Source of the DNA: Steroidobacteraceae bacterium
Lineage (GTDB): Bacteria > Pseudomonadota > Gammaproteobacteria > Steroidobacterales > Steroidobacteraceae
Assembly: GCA_041395505.1 (NCBI GenBank)
Contig: JAWLAG010000002.1
Span: 555,556 to 619,555, forward strand
Length of the DNA: 64,000 nt
Direction: 5' to 3'
A model generated the notes under the pieces. That model ran no database searches. It was not told the origin of the DNA and saw only the letters and a list, made by a program, of their open reading frames with translations. Every line of letters starts with the position of its first letter. Position 1 is the stretch's first letter. A program made the translations under genes and the position numbers. Of this stretch, positions 10,110 through 19,666 are shown in pieces.

Positions 10110-12130
10110 CGAGCTTTTTCGCGCCCATCGGCGACCAGGAAGAATTCACCCGCCTCGTGACCGGCGAATCGGATCGGAGCGTACTCCGGCACCTGATCAA
10201 ATCGCATGTTCGCCGCGGCATAGGCAACACGGGCGGCAACCTCGCGATGCAATCGCTGGCCTTCGAGGATGCCATCGTTGGCATCCAGGACCTGAAGTAG
10301 CGCCTTGGCGAATACCGAGTGTCGCCCGCCGCCCGCGTCGAGCACGGGCGCAACGCCACCCGAGGTGAGTACCGTCCTTGACCGTTTCTGTGCCATGGTG
10401 CGCAACCAGTGCATGCGTTCGATATCACTCATGCCGGTGTCGAGGTGAGCCATGGCGGATCTCGTCAGCGCGCCCGCATAGCATGAATCGACGACCAGCA
10501 TGACCTGTTTGGCGCGCATGATATTGATGAGGTCGGTGACGGCAGTCGTTGGAATCCAGTTGGCCGTGCTGTTTCGTTCGGCGTCCACAGGTAACCAGTG
10601 GCCGCGCTGATTGACCTCATCGAGCTCACCATGCCCGGCGAAGTAGATCAGCAGGTTGTCTTCGCTGGTGAGTGACTCGCGCAGGTTGTTAAGCGCCGAA
10701 AGGACCTGATACCGATCCGCATCGATGAGCACAGTCGTTGCAAATCCATAGCGGCGCTGCAAAACATCCGCGAGATCCTTCGCATCATCGATGGGTGATG
10801 ACAATTTCGGGAGGAAGCGGTAATTGTTGTTACCGATGATCAGCGCGTGGAAACGGCCGAAGGCGCTGCGTGGCAGTTCGCCAGGTAGCCGGGTGCGGCT
10901 CGGCCGGTTATCCACGGCAGGATGCACGCTCGCGCCACGAAACGCGAAATGCAGATCGGAGCGTTTGCCCTGCGCATCGATGGCGGTGATCAGCACGGGG
11001 ATTTCGGCGTCGCTGGCCTTCAGATCCATCCTGAATACGCCGAACTCATTGGTATTCACAACCTGGTCATTGACACTCAACATGGTCAATCCGGCAGGTG
11101 CAGTCACGCGGCCGACAATATGGGTCCCGGTTGCGGTCGCAGCGACCGGTACGATGTCACGGGTCTTGCTGAGCAATGGTTCGATCAGCGTGACTTCCGG
11201 ACCTGCGAGCAATCCCTGCCTGATCGGCAGGCGCAGGCTCTCGAGTTCCGCACGAACTCGCTGAAGCTCACTGTCAAGCCCCGAGGCGCGGTCACGCTGG
11301 ACAGTCAATTCCTGTTCGCGAGCAGTCAACTGCGCGGTCAGCTGCACGAACCGAGCCTTCTCGTTCGCCAGAGCCGCATCCGAGTCAGTCGTGCCCGCTT
11401 CCAGCTCGGTGACTCGTTGCGCCTGGGCGGCACCTTCGCGTCGTGCGATCTCGAGTTGCGACTGTAGCTCATCAGCCACGCGGCGTTGTTCATCATAGTT
11501 GTGCTGCAGCGCTGCGGCTTTGCTTTGCAGCGCTTCGAGCGCGGTGGTCATCGAGGATTCTGCGGCGGCGGTTTGCAGCCTGTCGATGGCAACGCCAATG
11601 CCCTTGCCGGCCGCTCGACGGTACCACTCCAGGGCAGTCGCAGCATCGGGTGCAACGCCCAATCCCCGCTCGAAGAGCTGACCGATGTTGACCTCTGCGC
11701 GCGCATCGCCCTGATCAGCGGCACGACGGTACCAGCCCATCGCAGCAGCATAGTCGGGGCCAACGCCCATGCCGCGCTCGTAGATTTCACCGACGATTAC
11801 CTGCGCTGACTTGTCGCCCCGCTCAGCCGCCGGTAGCCAGGCCGCAAGCGCACTGGCGAGGTCCGCCCGATCGTAGGACACGAACTCGCCGCCCCGGATC
11901 TGGCACTCGCGGGCAGGCAATCGTGCCGGGCGACGCGCGGTCATATAGACGCTGCGCTGACCCAGGGTGCGCACCTGCCCCGGCAACAGGCAGTCGACCA
12001 CCAACCATTGCGTTGTGCTATCGGGTTCGGCTGCCACCGCTCGAGCGCCCCCGAGCGAAGTGGCCGCCATCGCCACGGCGCAAGCGCCGATGAAACCGCG
12101 TCGCCAATCCCCTGTTCGCGCAATAGACAC
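10106..12130 (-). CDS. Secreted Sel1-repeat / coiled-coil / caspase-like (peptidase C14) protein
   Basis: 674 aa. Signal peptide. Three Sel1-like repeats (AQVIVGEIYERGMGVGPDYAAAMGWYRRAADQGDARAEVNIGQLFERGLGVAPDAATALEWYRRAA). Long coiled coil. C-terminal caspase fold with catalytic His (LLIYFAGHGE) and Cys (MLVVDSCYAGAL). Confidence 0.8.
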   Translation of the reverse strand: MSIARTGDWRRGFIGACAVAMAATSLGGARAVAAEPDSTTQWLVVDCLLPGQVRTLGQRSVYMTARRPARLPARECQIRGGEFVSYDRADLASALAAWLPAAERGDKSAQVIVGEIYERGMGVGPDYAAAMGWYRRAADQGDARAEVNIGQLFERGLGVAPDAATALEWYRRAAGKGIGVAIDRLQTAAAESSMTTALEALQSKAAALQHNYDEQRRVADELQSQLEIARREGAAQAQRVTELEAGTTDSDAALANEKARFVQLTAQLTAREQELTVQRDRASGLDSELQRVRAELESLRLPIRQGLLAGPEVTLIEPLLSKTRDIVPVAATATGTHIVGRVTAPAGLTMLSVNDQVVNTNEFGVFRMDLKASDAEIPVLITAIDAQGKRSDLHFAFRGASVHPAVDNRPSRTRLPGELPRSAFGRFHALIIGNNNYRFLPKLSSPIDDAKDLADVLQRRYGFATTVLIDADRYQVLSALNNLRESLTSEDNLLIYFAGHGELDEVNQRGHWLPVDAERNSTANWIPTTAVTDLINIMRAKQVMLVVDSCYAGALTRSAMAHLDTGMSDIERMHWLRTMAQKRSRTVLTSGGVAPVLDAGGGRHSVFAKALLQVLDANDGILEGQRLHREVAARVAYAAANMRFDQVPEYAPIRFAGHEAGEFFLVADGREKAR

Positions 12131-12271
12131 TCCGCCACCTCACCGTCCTGCCACTGTGCCGCGATCAATAACGAACCACTTCGCACAAATGGCGTGCCGA
12201 CAGGCTCAAGACCACTTCCTCGCCATGATTCGTTCTGCACCGACAGGGAACGCGAAAGAGGCCTGACACCG

Positions 12272-13300
12272 ATGAATCCCGCACGAGATTTCCATATCAA
12301 GACGCTGCTTCTGATCGCGGGCTTGTCCCTGGCGAGCCAGACGCCTGGCCATTGCCAGGAGGTCGTCCAGACGGCCGATTTTCCACCCGTCGCCGCGCCG
12401 GGCGAGCTCACGTCGAGTGGCCCGATCATCCCGGACAGTCCGCCGCGACCGAGTTTCAAGCGACTTTTCGCGCAGACCCTGGGTAACGTCGTGCAAGCTG
12501 GCGGCGCGGTCCTGCTGAATGGATTGACTCAAACCATCACGGGCGGTTTGACTGAATGGTTCAGTCGCAAGTTGAAGGTCGCACCGCAGGCTTCCGTGGC
12601 CGCCCAGGAGCCACTCCCGGTGCCGGACGCGAACGGGTTCGCCCAATCTACCGGACAACCGCTGGTCTCGAGTGCGTCCCAACCGCGCTTCTTCGATCCG
12701 GCAACCGGCGCACCACTGACTGGCGATTCGCAGTTTTCCCAGAACCTGGAGGCCGGTGCGACGGGCGGCGAAATGTTTGCCGGCCTTGCATTCGAGGTTC
12801 ATTTGCTTTTTCCCGACGGATCGACGCAGCCTGTGGATCCGGCGGGTCATGAATTCCGGTCGGGGGACCGCTTCATCGTATTCCTGCGCCCCACACTGCC
12901 CGGACAGATGGACGTCTTCAATATCAATCCAGCCGGGCAGCAGACGCAGATTGACCATATCGATCTCGCTGGCGCGCAACTTGCCCAGCTGGGTCCATAC
13001 GAGTTCACTGCGCTCACAGGAAACGAACAGTTGCGGCTCGTCCTGACGCCCTGCGCGACGCCGCAACTTCTCGCAGCCACGCGGGACATCGTGAACGTTG
13101 CCGCCATCGATGCCGCTGGCAGCGGCCTTGGCAGTTGCGCGCAAGCGAACCGTTTCGCCGCCGCGGCGACGACCCGCGACATCCGCAAGGTAGCGGTCGA
13201 AGGTGCCACAGCGTTCGCGCTCGATGCGGTTGCGCCTGCGGAACTCGACTCAGGCGCCGTCGCACCACGCGAAATTACGATCTTCTTCAGACATCTTTAG
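12272..13300 (+). CDS. Hypothetical secreted protein
   Basis: Signal peptide MNPARDFHIKTLLLIAGLSLASQT. The longer ORF from 12008 overlaps the caspase gene and is probably artefactual. No recognisable domain. Confidence 0.5.
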   Translation: MNPARDFHIKTLLLIAGLSLASQTPGHCQEVVQTADFPPVAAPGELTSSGPIIPDSPPRPSFKRLFAQTLGNVVQAGGAVLLNGLTQTITGGLTEWFSRKLKVAPQASVAAQEPLPVPDANGFAQSTGQPLVSSASQPRFFDPATGAPLTGDSQFSQNLEAGATGGEMFAGLAFEVHLLFPDGSTQPVDPAGHEFRSGDRFIVFLRPTLPGQMDVFNINPAGQQTQIDHIDLAGAQLAQLGPYEFTALTGNEQLRLVLTPCATPQLLAATRDIVNVAAIDAAGSGLGSCAQANRFAAAATTRDIRKVAVEGATAFALDAVAPAELDSGAVAPREITIFFRHL

Positions 13301-13352
13301 ACAGCAACCCTCTGGCGCCGTATCCCGTTCAATCACTCCGGAGATTCATCGA

Positions 13353-14501
13353 ATGCAATTGACCCGCCGACAGCTGCTCGCCTGCGCGAGCGCCACGTTG
13401 CTGACACCCGCTGCGTTCGCACGCCCCAAGCAGCCCTACACCTCCTCCGCGCTCGGACTTGTCATGAAGGCCAATGCGAAAAGCAGGACGCACAGCTACT
13501 TCCTCGTCGTCAGCAGCTTTGAACGGTATTTTCTCGGCAGGCGCAGGGCGTCGTTGACAGGCTATCTCGTGAGCATCGGCACACCGCAGCTGGTCGCCGC
13601 CGCCAACTCGGCATTGCAGACATTATCCGTTGGGGTCAACGTGGATCCCGATGCGGTGCGCGCGCGTATCCGCGCCGCAATCGAACGAAATGTCTCCGGC
13701 GCGATGATGCAGGAGCTGCGGCCGGAGCAGCTCACACGCCTGCTTGGAGAACAGGGCTTTCGCACCGGCAATACATCGCTGGCGGCCGAGGGCGACTTCA
13801 TCGGCGGCGTACTGACGGCGGGTGGGGCCTTCGCCGGCGTTGCGGGCAGCAGCGCAGCCTCTACATCGGTTGCCGCCATCGCCACCGCGGGCGGCGCGGC
13901 GGCCGGAGGAGCCGGCATCGCTGCTGCATCGGCCGGGTATGGCGCATACCAGGTCGCGGGTGCATTTCTTGACGCGGTTGGCGCAAACGATGGCTATACG
14001 CTCGGTGACCTGATTTACGACCTGTTGCACCCTGGCGAAGAAGGCAACCGGGTCTGGAGCAGCGATTCGTCGAGCCAGGGCCCTGCATCGGGCACGACAT
14101 TGCCGCCCGGCTTCGGCCCTGAGTCCGATCCAGGCCGCAACATCGTGTTTCAGATCGTCATGGGGCTTGCAACCAATTCATCGCTCGGTCGCAACGTCAT
14201 TGCACGCCCGCCAACGCTCGCAAGCACGCCGATTCCAGGTGCCGACGGCGTGACCAACCTTGCGCTACTGTTGCGATTCGACGCAATGCTCGGTGGCGCG
14301 TATTTCAAATTGGTGCAGCGCTCGCTGAATGCGCGGCAAAACGGCACCGCTACGACGGATCCGGATATCACCCAGGGCACGGCCAACGGACCTATCATGG
14401 TCGACTACTCGAAGTGTCCGCCTGCCGATGTCAATGCGATGCGCCTTTCAGCCTACCTGGCGTCGGCAAGCGGCGCATTGACCCGCATCGCCGCACGCTA
14501 G
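13353..14501 (+). CDS. Hypothetical protein with Tat-like signal and Gly/Ala-rich segment
   Basis: GGAG 10 nt upstream. MQLTRRQLLACASATLLTPAAFA resembles a twin-arginine signal. Internal low-complexity GA-rich stretch. Confidence 0.5.
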   Translation: MQLTRRQLLACASATLLTPAAFARPKQPYTSSALGLVMKANAKSRTHSYFLVVSSFERYFLGRRRASLTGYLVSIGTPQLVAAANSALQTLSVGVNVDPDAVRARIRAAIERNVSGAMMQELRPEQLTRLLGEQGFRTGNTSLAAEGDFIGGVLTAGGAFAGVAGSSAASTSVAAIATAGGAAAGGAGIAAASAGYGAYQVAGAFLDAVGANDGYTLGDLIYDLLHPGEEGNRVWSSDSSSQGPASGTTLPPGFGPESDPGRNIVFQIVMGLATNSSLGRNVIARPPTLASTPIPGADGVTNLALLLRFDAMLGGAYFKLVQRSLNARQNGTATTDPDITQGTANGPIMVDYSKCPPADVNAMRLSAYLASASGALTRIAAR

Positions 14502-15818
14502 CTAGCGCGTACTGGCGGGTGGATGCTCGGCCAACCAGCGCATCGCCATCTGGACGCGGGTATGTCCACTCGGGTGATCGTAGAAGATAACCTCTTCAAT
14601 CGGACCTGGACTGATCTTGCGATAGGTTGACAGGCGCATGGCGACGCTGGCGAACCCTTCGGGTTCGCCGGCCGCATTCAGACCGAAGATGTCTGCCTCC
14701 GATTCGAAAACACGGGTGATGTTGTTGAACACCGGGGTCGCCAGGAAACCCAGCACCGACAGGATCGCCATCGCCAGCGGCAAGCCTGCAATGTCCCCTC
14801 GGTCATAGATGCCAAAGCGCGCGCCGCGTCTTGCGACGAAGCGGCTCAGGATCCGCTGCAGCAAATACAAGAGCAGCGCGATGACGAGCGCATAGCCTAT
14901 GATGGTCTTCCAGCCATGATGCAGCACGTAATGGCCCATCTCGTGGGCCATCACTGCGCGTATTTCCGGCAAGCTGGTATGCTCGAGAAGGTTGTCATTG
15001 AGACTGATGCGCGTCGTGCCGAGCGCGCCGGATACGTTGGCGCTGATCCGGGTTGTCTGCCGCGACGCATCGAAGCGATATACGTTATCCGCCGGCACGC
15101 CATTGGCGCGCGCCAGGGACAGGATCTGGTCACGCACCGGGCCGGCTTCAAGCGGCTTGTAGTCGTTGAATAGCGGCGCGATGAAAACCGGCGACAGGGC
15201 GACCAGAACAATTATCACCGCTGTAACGATACCGCTCGCCCAGACCCAGGCGTGTTCGCGCGCGCGTCGCACGGCCGCATAGATCGTGGCGATGACAGGC
15301 GCACCGATGAGGACATCGATGGCGAGCGACAGCAACTGCTCGCCGAACCAGGGCAGGAAGGTCTGTGTCGCGAGCTCGTACTGGCGTTCACGGTACCAGT
15401 TCTGGTAGATATCGAGCGGCAGCGTGAGCACCCAGGACACGACCAGAAAGATGGCGGCGAAGACCGCCGCCTGACGCCAGGGGCCGCCGGCGTGACGACC
15501 GATCAGATCGCGCAGGCGCGCCGCGCGTTTGCCCATGAGCCACCAGGCGGCGACCGCCAGTGACCATAGCAGGCCCCAGACTTGCAGCCAGTAGCCGCCT
15601 TCGAAGTAGGCGTCCGAGCGCGCCCGGGCGGCAGCGGGTAACGTGTCGATCCAGGCCTGTGTGGCCTTGTCGACATCGAAGTCCTTGTGCCATTCGGCTG
15701 CCGCAGGCACGGTCAGCTCAGCCGCGCCTGCCGTAAACGCCAGCGTCGCGAGCATCAAGCCCGACAGCAGGTAGGCTGCGGCTCGCGGCGCAAATCGGCA
15801 AGGTATCTTCATGGTCAT
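14502..15818 (-). CDS. M48-family zinc metallopeptidase (Ste24/HtpX-like) with multiple TM helices
   Basis: HEMGHYVLHH (HExxH) motif plus downstream Glu. Several hydrophobic helices. Start taken at MTMKIP (15818) before the signal-like segment. Confidence 0.8.
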   Translation of the reverse strand: MTMKIPCRFAPRAAAYLLSGLMLATLAFTAGAAELTVPAAAEWHKDFDVDKATQAWIDTLPAAARARSDAYFEGGYWLQVWGLLWSLAVAAWWLMGKRAARLRDLIGRHAGGPWRQAAVFAAIFLVVSWVLTLPLDIYQNWYRERQYELATQTFLPWFGEQLLSLAIDVLIGAPVIATIYAAVRRAREHAWVWASGIVTAVIIVLVALSPVFIAPLFNDYKPLEAGPVRDQILSLARANGVPADNVYRFDASRQTTRISANVSGALGTTRISLNDNLLEHTSLPEIRAVMAHEMGHYVLHHGWKTIIGYALVIALLLYLLQRILSRFVARRGARFGIYDRGDIAGLPLAMAILSVLGFLATPVFNNITRVFESEADIFGLNAAGEPEGFASVAMRLSTYRKISPGPIEEVIFYDHPSGHTRVQMAMRWLAEHPPASTR

Positions 15819-15928
15819 CGCCCTTTTCCGGGATACGGTGCGGCATTGTAACGGGATGGCCACCGCCGCCAACTGCCGATCCGACGGGCCGGTGGGATAT
15901 CATGTTCGCTTGCGACTGGAGAATCCCG

Positions 15929-16315
15929 ATGAGCTACCACTTCTCTAAAACGGTTAACCTGCCCTTCGATCAGGCGATCGCCAAAGTCACGGCGGAACTT
16001 GCCGCCCGCGGCTTCGGCGTGCTGACCGAAATCGACGTCGCCGCGACGCTGCGCAAGAAGATCAACGTCGAGTTTCGGCCCTATCGAATCCTGGGCGCCT
16101 GTAATCCGCGCTTTGCCTACCAGGCGCTGTCGGCGGAGGACAAGATCGGCACCATGCTGCCCTGCAATGTCATCGTCCAGGAGCTGGGGCCGGGCCGCGT
16201 CGAGGTATCCGCCGTCGACCCGATTGCATCCATGCAGGCAGTGCGTAACCCGTCGCTCGAACCCATTGCCACGCAAGTGCAGGGCCTGCTCAAGGAGTGC
16301 GTGGAAGCCGTGTAA
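15929..16315 (+). CDS. DUF302-domain protein
   Basis: GGAG upstream. MSYHFSKTVNLPFDQAIAKVTAELAARGFGVLTEIDV..ILGACNPRFAYQAL is characteristic of the DUF302 family. Confidence 0.75.
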   Translation: MSYHFSKTVNLPFDQAIAKVTAELAARGFGVLTEIDVAATLRKKINVEFRPYRILGACNPRFAYQALSAEDKIGTMLPCNVIVQELGPGRVEVSAVDPIASMQAVRNPSLEPIATQVQGLLKECVEAV

Positions 16316-16366
16316 CCGATTGGCCAGTTCTCGGGCCATTGTTCGTCGTGTGAAGGGATTTGCATC

Positions 16367-18430
16367 ATGCGGATGATTTGCTTCGGTCTCGCGGTGCTCA
16401 GCGCCACATTGACATCGGCCGTCGCGATTGCGGGGACGGCCACGCAGCCCGAGACAGCGGGCGTCGAGAACAAGGCGCCGCTGACGCTTGAGGACCTCTA
16501 TTCTCCAGTGTCGCTCCCCGACGCAGCGGTATCGCCATCGGGTCGTTACCTCGCGTTCATCAACCGCAATGAGGACGAGGATCAGCTGTTCGTCCTGGAC
16601 CTCGCGAACGGCAGTTCCGCCGCCATCATCGCCATGTCGCGCGACAAGGTGGTCCAGAAGTCCGATGCATATATCATTTCAGTGTATTGGAAGTCGGATC
16701 AAAGACTGATATTTCGCACGCGCGTCGTGCCCGATGAAGACGCGCGCACGTTCACCTACACAATTCAGCAATACCAGAAATTCGGCGACCGGCTGTTCGC
16801 CATTGATCGTGATGGCAAGAACCTCTTGCGGCTGCTGCAGGATAACCGTGACCAGGGCCTGGTCGGGACACTGGACCTCGGATCGATCGCAGACCTCCTG
16901 CCGAGGGATAACCAACACATCCTGATGATCGTCAATGGCGACTATGGCCCCAGCCTGATGCAGGTCGACATTGCCACGGGACGCGGTGCCGTCATCGAGA
17001 AACCGAACGCGAAGATTGTCAGCTGGTGGCTCGATGTCGATGGCAAACCCGTTGTGCAGGTACAGGTTTCGGCTGGCACAGTGACCTATCTGCGCAAACT
17101 CGACGATGGCAATTGGAAGCCCTTCCACAAGGAGCGATTGCGCGAAATGCGCGAACGCGACTCGGACTATGACGCCATCGGACCCGCGGATGTGGCGGGC
17201 AAATACTACGTGCTCGCACGACCACCGGGCCGCGACCGGCGAGGCGTGTACCTCTACGACCTCGGCAGCGAATCATTCGGCGAGCCGATCATCGAGCACA
17301 GCCAATTCGACCTGGAATCTGCGCATGCTTCCGCGGATGGCAAGGGTATTGCGTGGTATTGCTACCTGGCGCACGTTCGCGTCTGCGAGTTCTCCGATCC
17401 CCGGATCAACGCACATATGCGCGGTTTGCGAAAGTTCTTTTCCGATCGGGCCGACGTCTCTGTCTTCGATTCATCCACGGACAACAAAGTCTTCCTGCTG
17501 CGCGTTGCGGGTCCCGCTGACCCGCCGGGCTTCTACTATTATCAGGTCGAGCAGAAGAGTATCCAGCCGCTCGGGGCGTTTCAGGGCGCCACGATCGGCA
17601 AGGCCATGCCATCGATGCAGGTGATCGACTACCAGGCGCGTGATGGCCTGGCGTTGCATGGCTATCTGACGATGCCACCCGGTGCGGACGGCCTCAAGAA
17701 TCTGCCGCTCGTTCTTTTCCCGCATGGCGGACCGGAGATTCGCGATCATCTCGCCTACGATCAATGGGTGCAGTTCATGGCCGCGCGTGGCTATGCCGTC
17801 TTCCAACCCAATTTTCGCGGCTCGGATGGATTTGGCCGGGCATTCAGCGAAAAGGGTTATCGCGAGTGGGGCGGCAAAATGCAGGATGATTTGATCGACG
17901 GTCTCGATGCACTCGCTCGCACCCAGCGTGTTGACCCCCGGCGCGTCTGTGTCGTCGGCATATCCTACGGCGGCTATGCGGCCTTGATGGCCGCTGCGCT
18001 CACTTCCGAGCGGTTCAAGTGCGCGGCTTCCGTCGCTGGCCCAACCGACCTGGTCGAATTCATCAATTGGCGAAAGCGCAATTGGGGCGATCAGTCGGAG
18101 GGTTACAAGTACTGGCTGAAGTCGATTGGCAATCCGGAAACCGACACCGCGAAGCTCGAAGCGCGTTCACCCGTGAACCTGGCCGCCGACATCAAGATTC
18201 CGGTGCTATTGATGCATGGCAGCGAAGATTTCGTCGTGCCCGTTCAACAATCGCGTCTCATGGCCAAGGCGCTCACCAAGGCCGGCAACGCGACAGAGCT
18301 CGTCGAAGTCAAACTCGAGACCCATCCTGCCTGGTCGGACGACAACGAGAAGCTGGCACTCAGGACTCTTGACGAGTTCCTGCGAAAACACCTGGGGCCG
18401 GGCGTCGGACAGCCAGCCGGGTTGCAGTAG
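16367..18430 (+). CDS. S9-family serine peptidase (prolyl oligopeptidase/dipeptidyl aminopeptidase-like) with N-terminal beta-propeller
   Basis: Signal peptide. C-terminal alpha/beta-hydrolase with GGPEIRD..FQPNFRGSDGFG..VCVVGISYGGYAAL (GxSxGG nucleophile elbow) and downstream Asp/His. Confidence 0.85.
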   Translation: MRMICFGLAVLSATLTSAVAIAGTATQPETAGVENKAPLTLEDLYSPVSLPDAAVSPSGRYLAFINRNEDEDQLFVLDLANGSSAAIIAMSRDKVVQKSDAYIISVYWKSDQRLIFRTRVVPDEDARTFTYTIQQYQKFGDRLFAIDRDGKNLLRLLQDNRDQGLVGTLDLGSIADLLPRDNQHILMIVNGDYGPSLMQVDIATGRGAVIEKPNAKIVSWWLDVDGKPVVQVQVSAGTVTYLRKLDDGNWKPFHKERLREMRERDSDYDAIGPADVAGKYYVLARPPGRDRRGVYLYDLGSESFGEPIIEHSQFDLESAHASADGKGIAWYCYLAHVRVCEFSDPRINAHMRGLRKFFSDRADVSVFDSSTDNKVFLLRVAGPADPPGFYYYQVEQKSIQPLGAFQGATIGKAMPSMQVIDYQARDGLALHGYLTMPPGADGLKNLPLVLFPHGGPEIRDHLAYDQWVQFMAARGYAVFQPNFRGSDGFGRAFSEKGYREWGGKMQDDLIDGLDALARTQRVDPRRVCVVGISYGGYAALMAAALTSERFKCAASVAGPTDLVEFINWRKRNWGDQSEGYKYWLKSIGNPETDTAKLEARSPVNLAADIKIPVLLMHGSEDFVVPVQQSRLMAKALTKAGNATELVEVKLETHPAWSDDNEKLALRTLDEFLRKHLGPGVGQPAGLQ

Positions 18431-18442
18431 CGAGGCCCGGGC

Positions 18443-18973
18443 TCAGGCCTCGTCGAGTACGAGCTTTCCGTCCTTGACCGGGATGAACTTGCCTGGGTCA
18501 CGAGCCATGCGTACCGTTCCGGTCGCACCATCGAGCTGATAGGTCACCTTGAAGCCATCGGGCTCGCGGTGCGATTCGTAAACCGTCTTGCATTGCTGTT
18601 CCGTTGTCTCGTAGGTGTTGCCTTCCTGCACACGCTGCTGCACGCGATTGCCCGCGTAGCCGCCCGCAGCCGCCCCCGCGACCGTGGCAATGGTCTTGCC
18701 GGTACCGCCACCGACCTGATTCCCCAGCACACCTCCGACGACAGCACCGACCACGGTGCCTGTCACGCGCTTCTTGTCGCGAGGCTCCTGTTGATGGGTG
18801 ACGGTCACGTCGCGGCATTCCTGCCGGGGCGTCTTGACGAGCTTGGTGAGCGGCTCGGCACTCAGGACCTCGGCATTGTGGCTGCGTTCCCACGCGCTAT
18901 AACCGGCAATGGCGCCGCCGGCAGTAACAGCAGCGGCTCCGATGACTGCACCGACCAACATCGATCTGTTCAT
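18443..18973 (-). CDS. Glycine-zipper (17 kDa surface-antigen-like) outer-membrane lipoprotein
   Basis: Signal peptide, then GAVVGGVLGNQVGGGTGKTIATVAGAAAGGYAGN glycine-zipper motif and a C-terminal small domain. Confidence 0.65.
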   Translation of the reverse strand: MNRSMLVGAVIGAAAVTAGGAIAGYSAWERSHNAEVLSAEPLTKLVKTPRQECRDVTVTHQQEPRDKKRVTGTVVGAVVGGVLGNQVGGGTGKTIATVAGAAAGGYAGNRVQQRVQEGNTYETTEQQCKTVYESHREPDGFKVTYQLDGATGTVRMARDPGKFIPVKDGKLVLDEA

Positions 18974-19222
18974 GTTTGCACCTCACGCGCCAAGCGTTCG
19001 AACAACACCTTGCTGACATTACAGCAGCGCCGGCGCAGTCGGGAAAGTGACGGAGTCGACGGATCGTGACGGACAATGGCCCGCCGTGCTGTCGGACGAT
19101 ACTGACAAGCTGTTCGCGGCATCCATATCGTCAAATGACCTGACGACTGTCTTCGAATGGCAACAGGCGTTATCGTTGTGGTTTCATGGCAACGGCCCTG
19201 GAATGGCCGGGAGAGCTGCCGC

Positions 19223-19654
19223 ATGAATACGGCCTTGTTGTTCGCGCTTTGCGCCGGATGCGCGGCGGCCCTTTGGGCAATATTTCTCAAACTCGGTTCG
19301 AACCAGACAACAGCGGCTCTGGGTGCAGCGATCGTCTCGGCGACCGCACTGCTCGTCAACCTTGGCATCGTCATGGGCCTCAAGGCCGGTGGCCAGAGTA
19401 TCGAGCTCGATCGCAGGGCAGTCCTGTTCCTGGTGCTCGCCGGCATTGCGGCCGCCGGAGCCGATGCGTTTGCGCTGCTGACATTCGGGCGCGGTCTACG
19501 CCTCTCGAGCGCGTTCATCATCAACGCGACTGCGACCGCCATCGTGTTTCTGATTGGAATAGCGGCATTCAGGGAACCCATCAATGCCAGTCGCGTTGCA
19601 GCGCTCGCGCTCATCGGTGGCGGCATGTTGTGGTTGAACTACCAGAATGCCTGA
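19223..19654 (+). CDS. Small 4-TM membrane protein (EamA/SMR-like transporter)
   Basis: 143 aa, four predicted TM helices (ALLFALCAGCAAALWAIFL etc). The ORF from 19157 adds an unlikely N-terminal extension. Confidence 0.55.
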   Translation: MNTALLFALCAGCAAALWAIFLKLGSNQTTAALGAAIVSATALLVNLGIVMGLKAGGQSIELDRRAVLFLVLAGIAAAGADAFALLTFGRGLRLSSAFIINATATAIVFLIGIAAFREPINASRVAALALIGGGMLWLNYQNA

Positions 19655-19666
19655 AGCGAGGCAACG

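Noticed and set aside
12008-12271. N-terminal extension of ORF 12008..13300 (430 aa)
   Set aside because: The extension overlaps the caspase gene in antisense and precedes a clear signal peptide at MNPARDF. The true start is most likely 12272.
18431-18455. GC hairpin (GAGGCCCGGGCTCAGGCCTC) after the S9 peptidase stop, as a terminator
   Set aside because: No T-tract follows, and it overlaps the 3' end of the convergent glycine-zipper gene. May be structural, but not a convincing intrinsic terminator.
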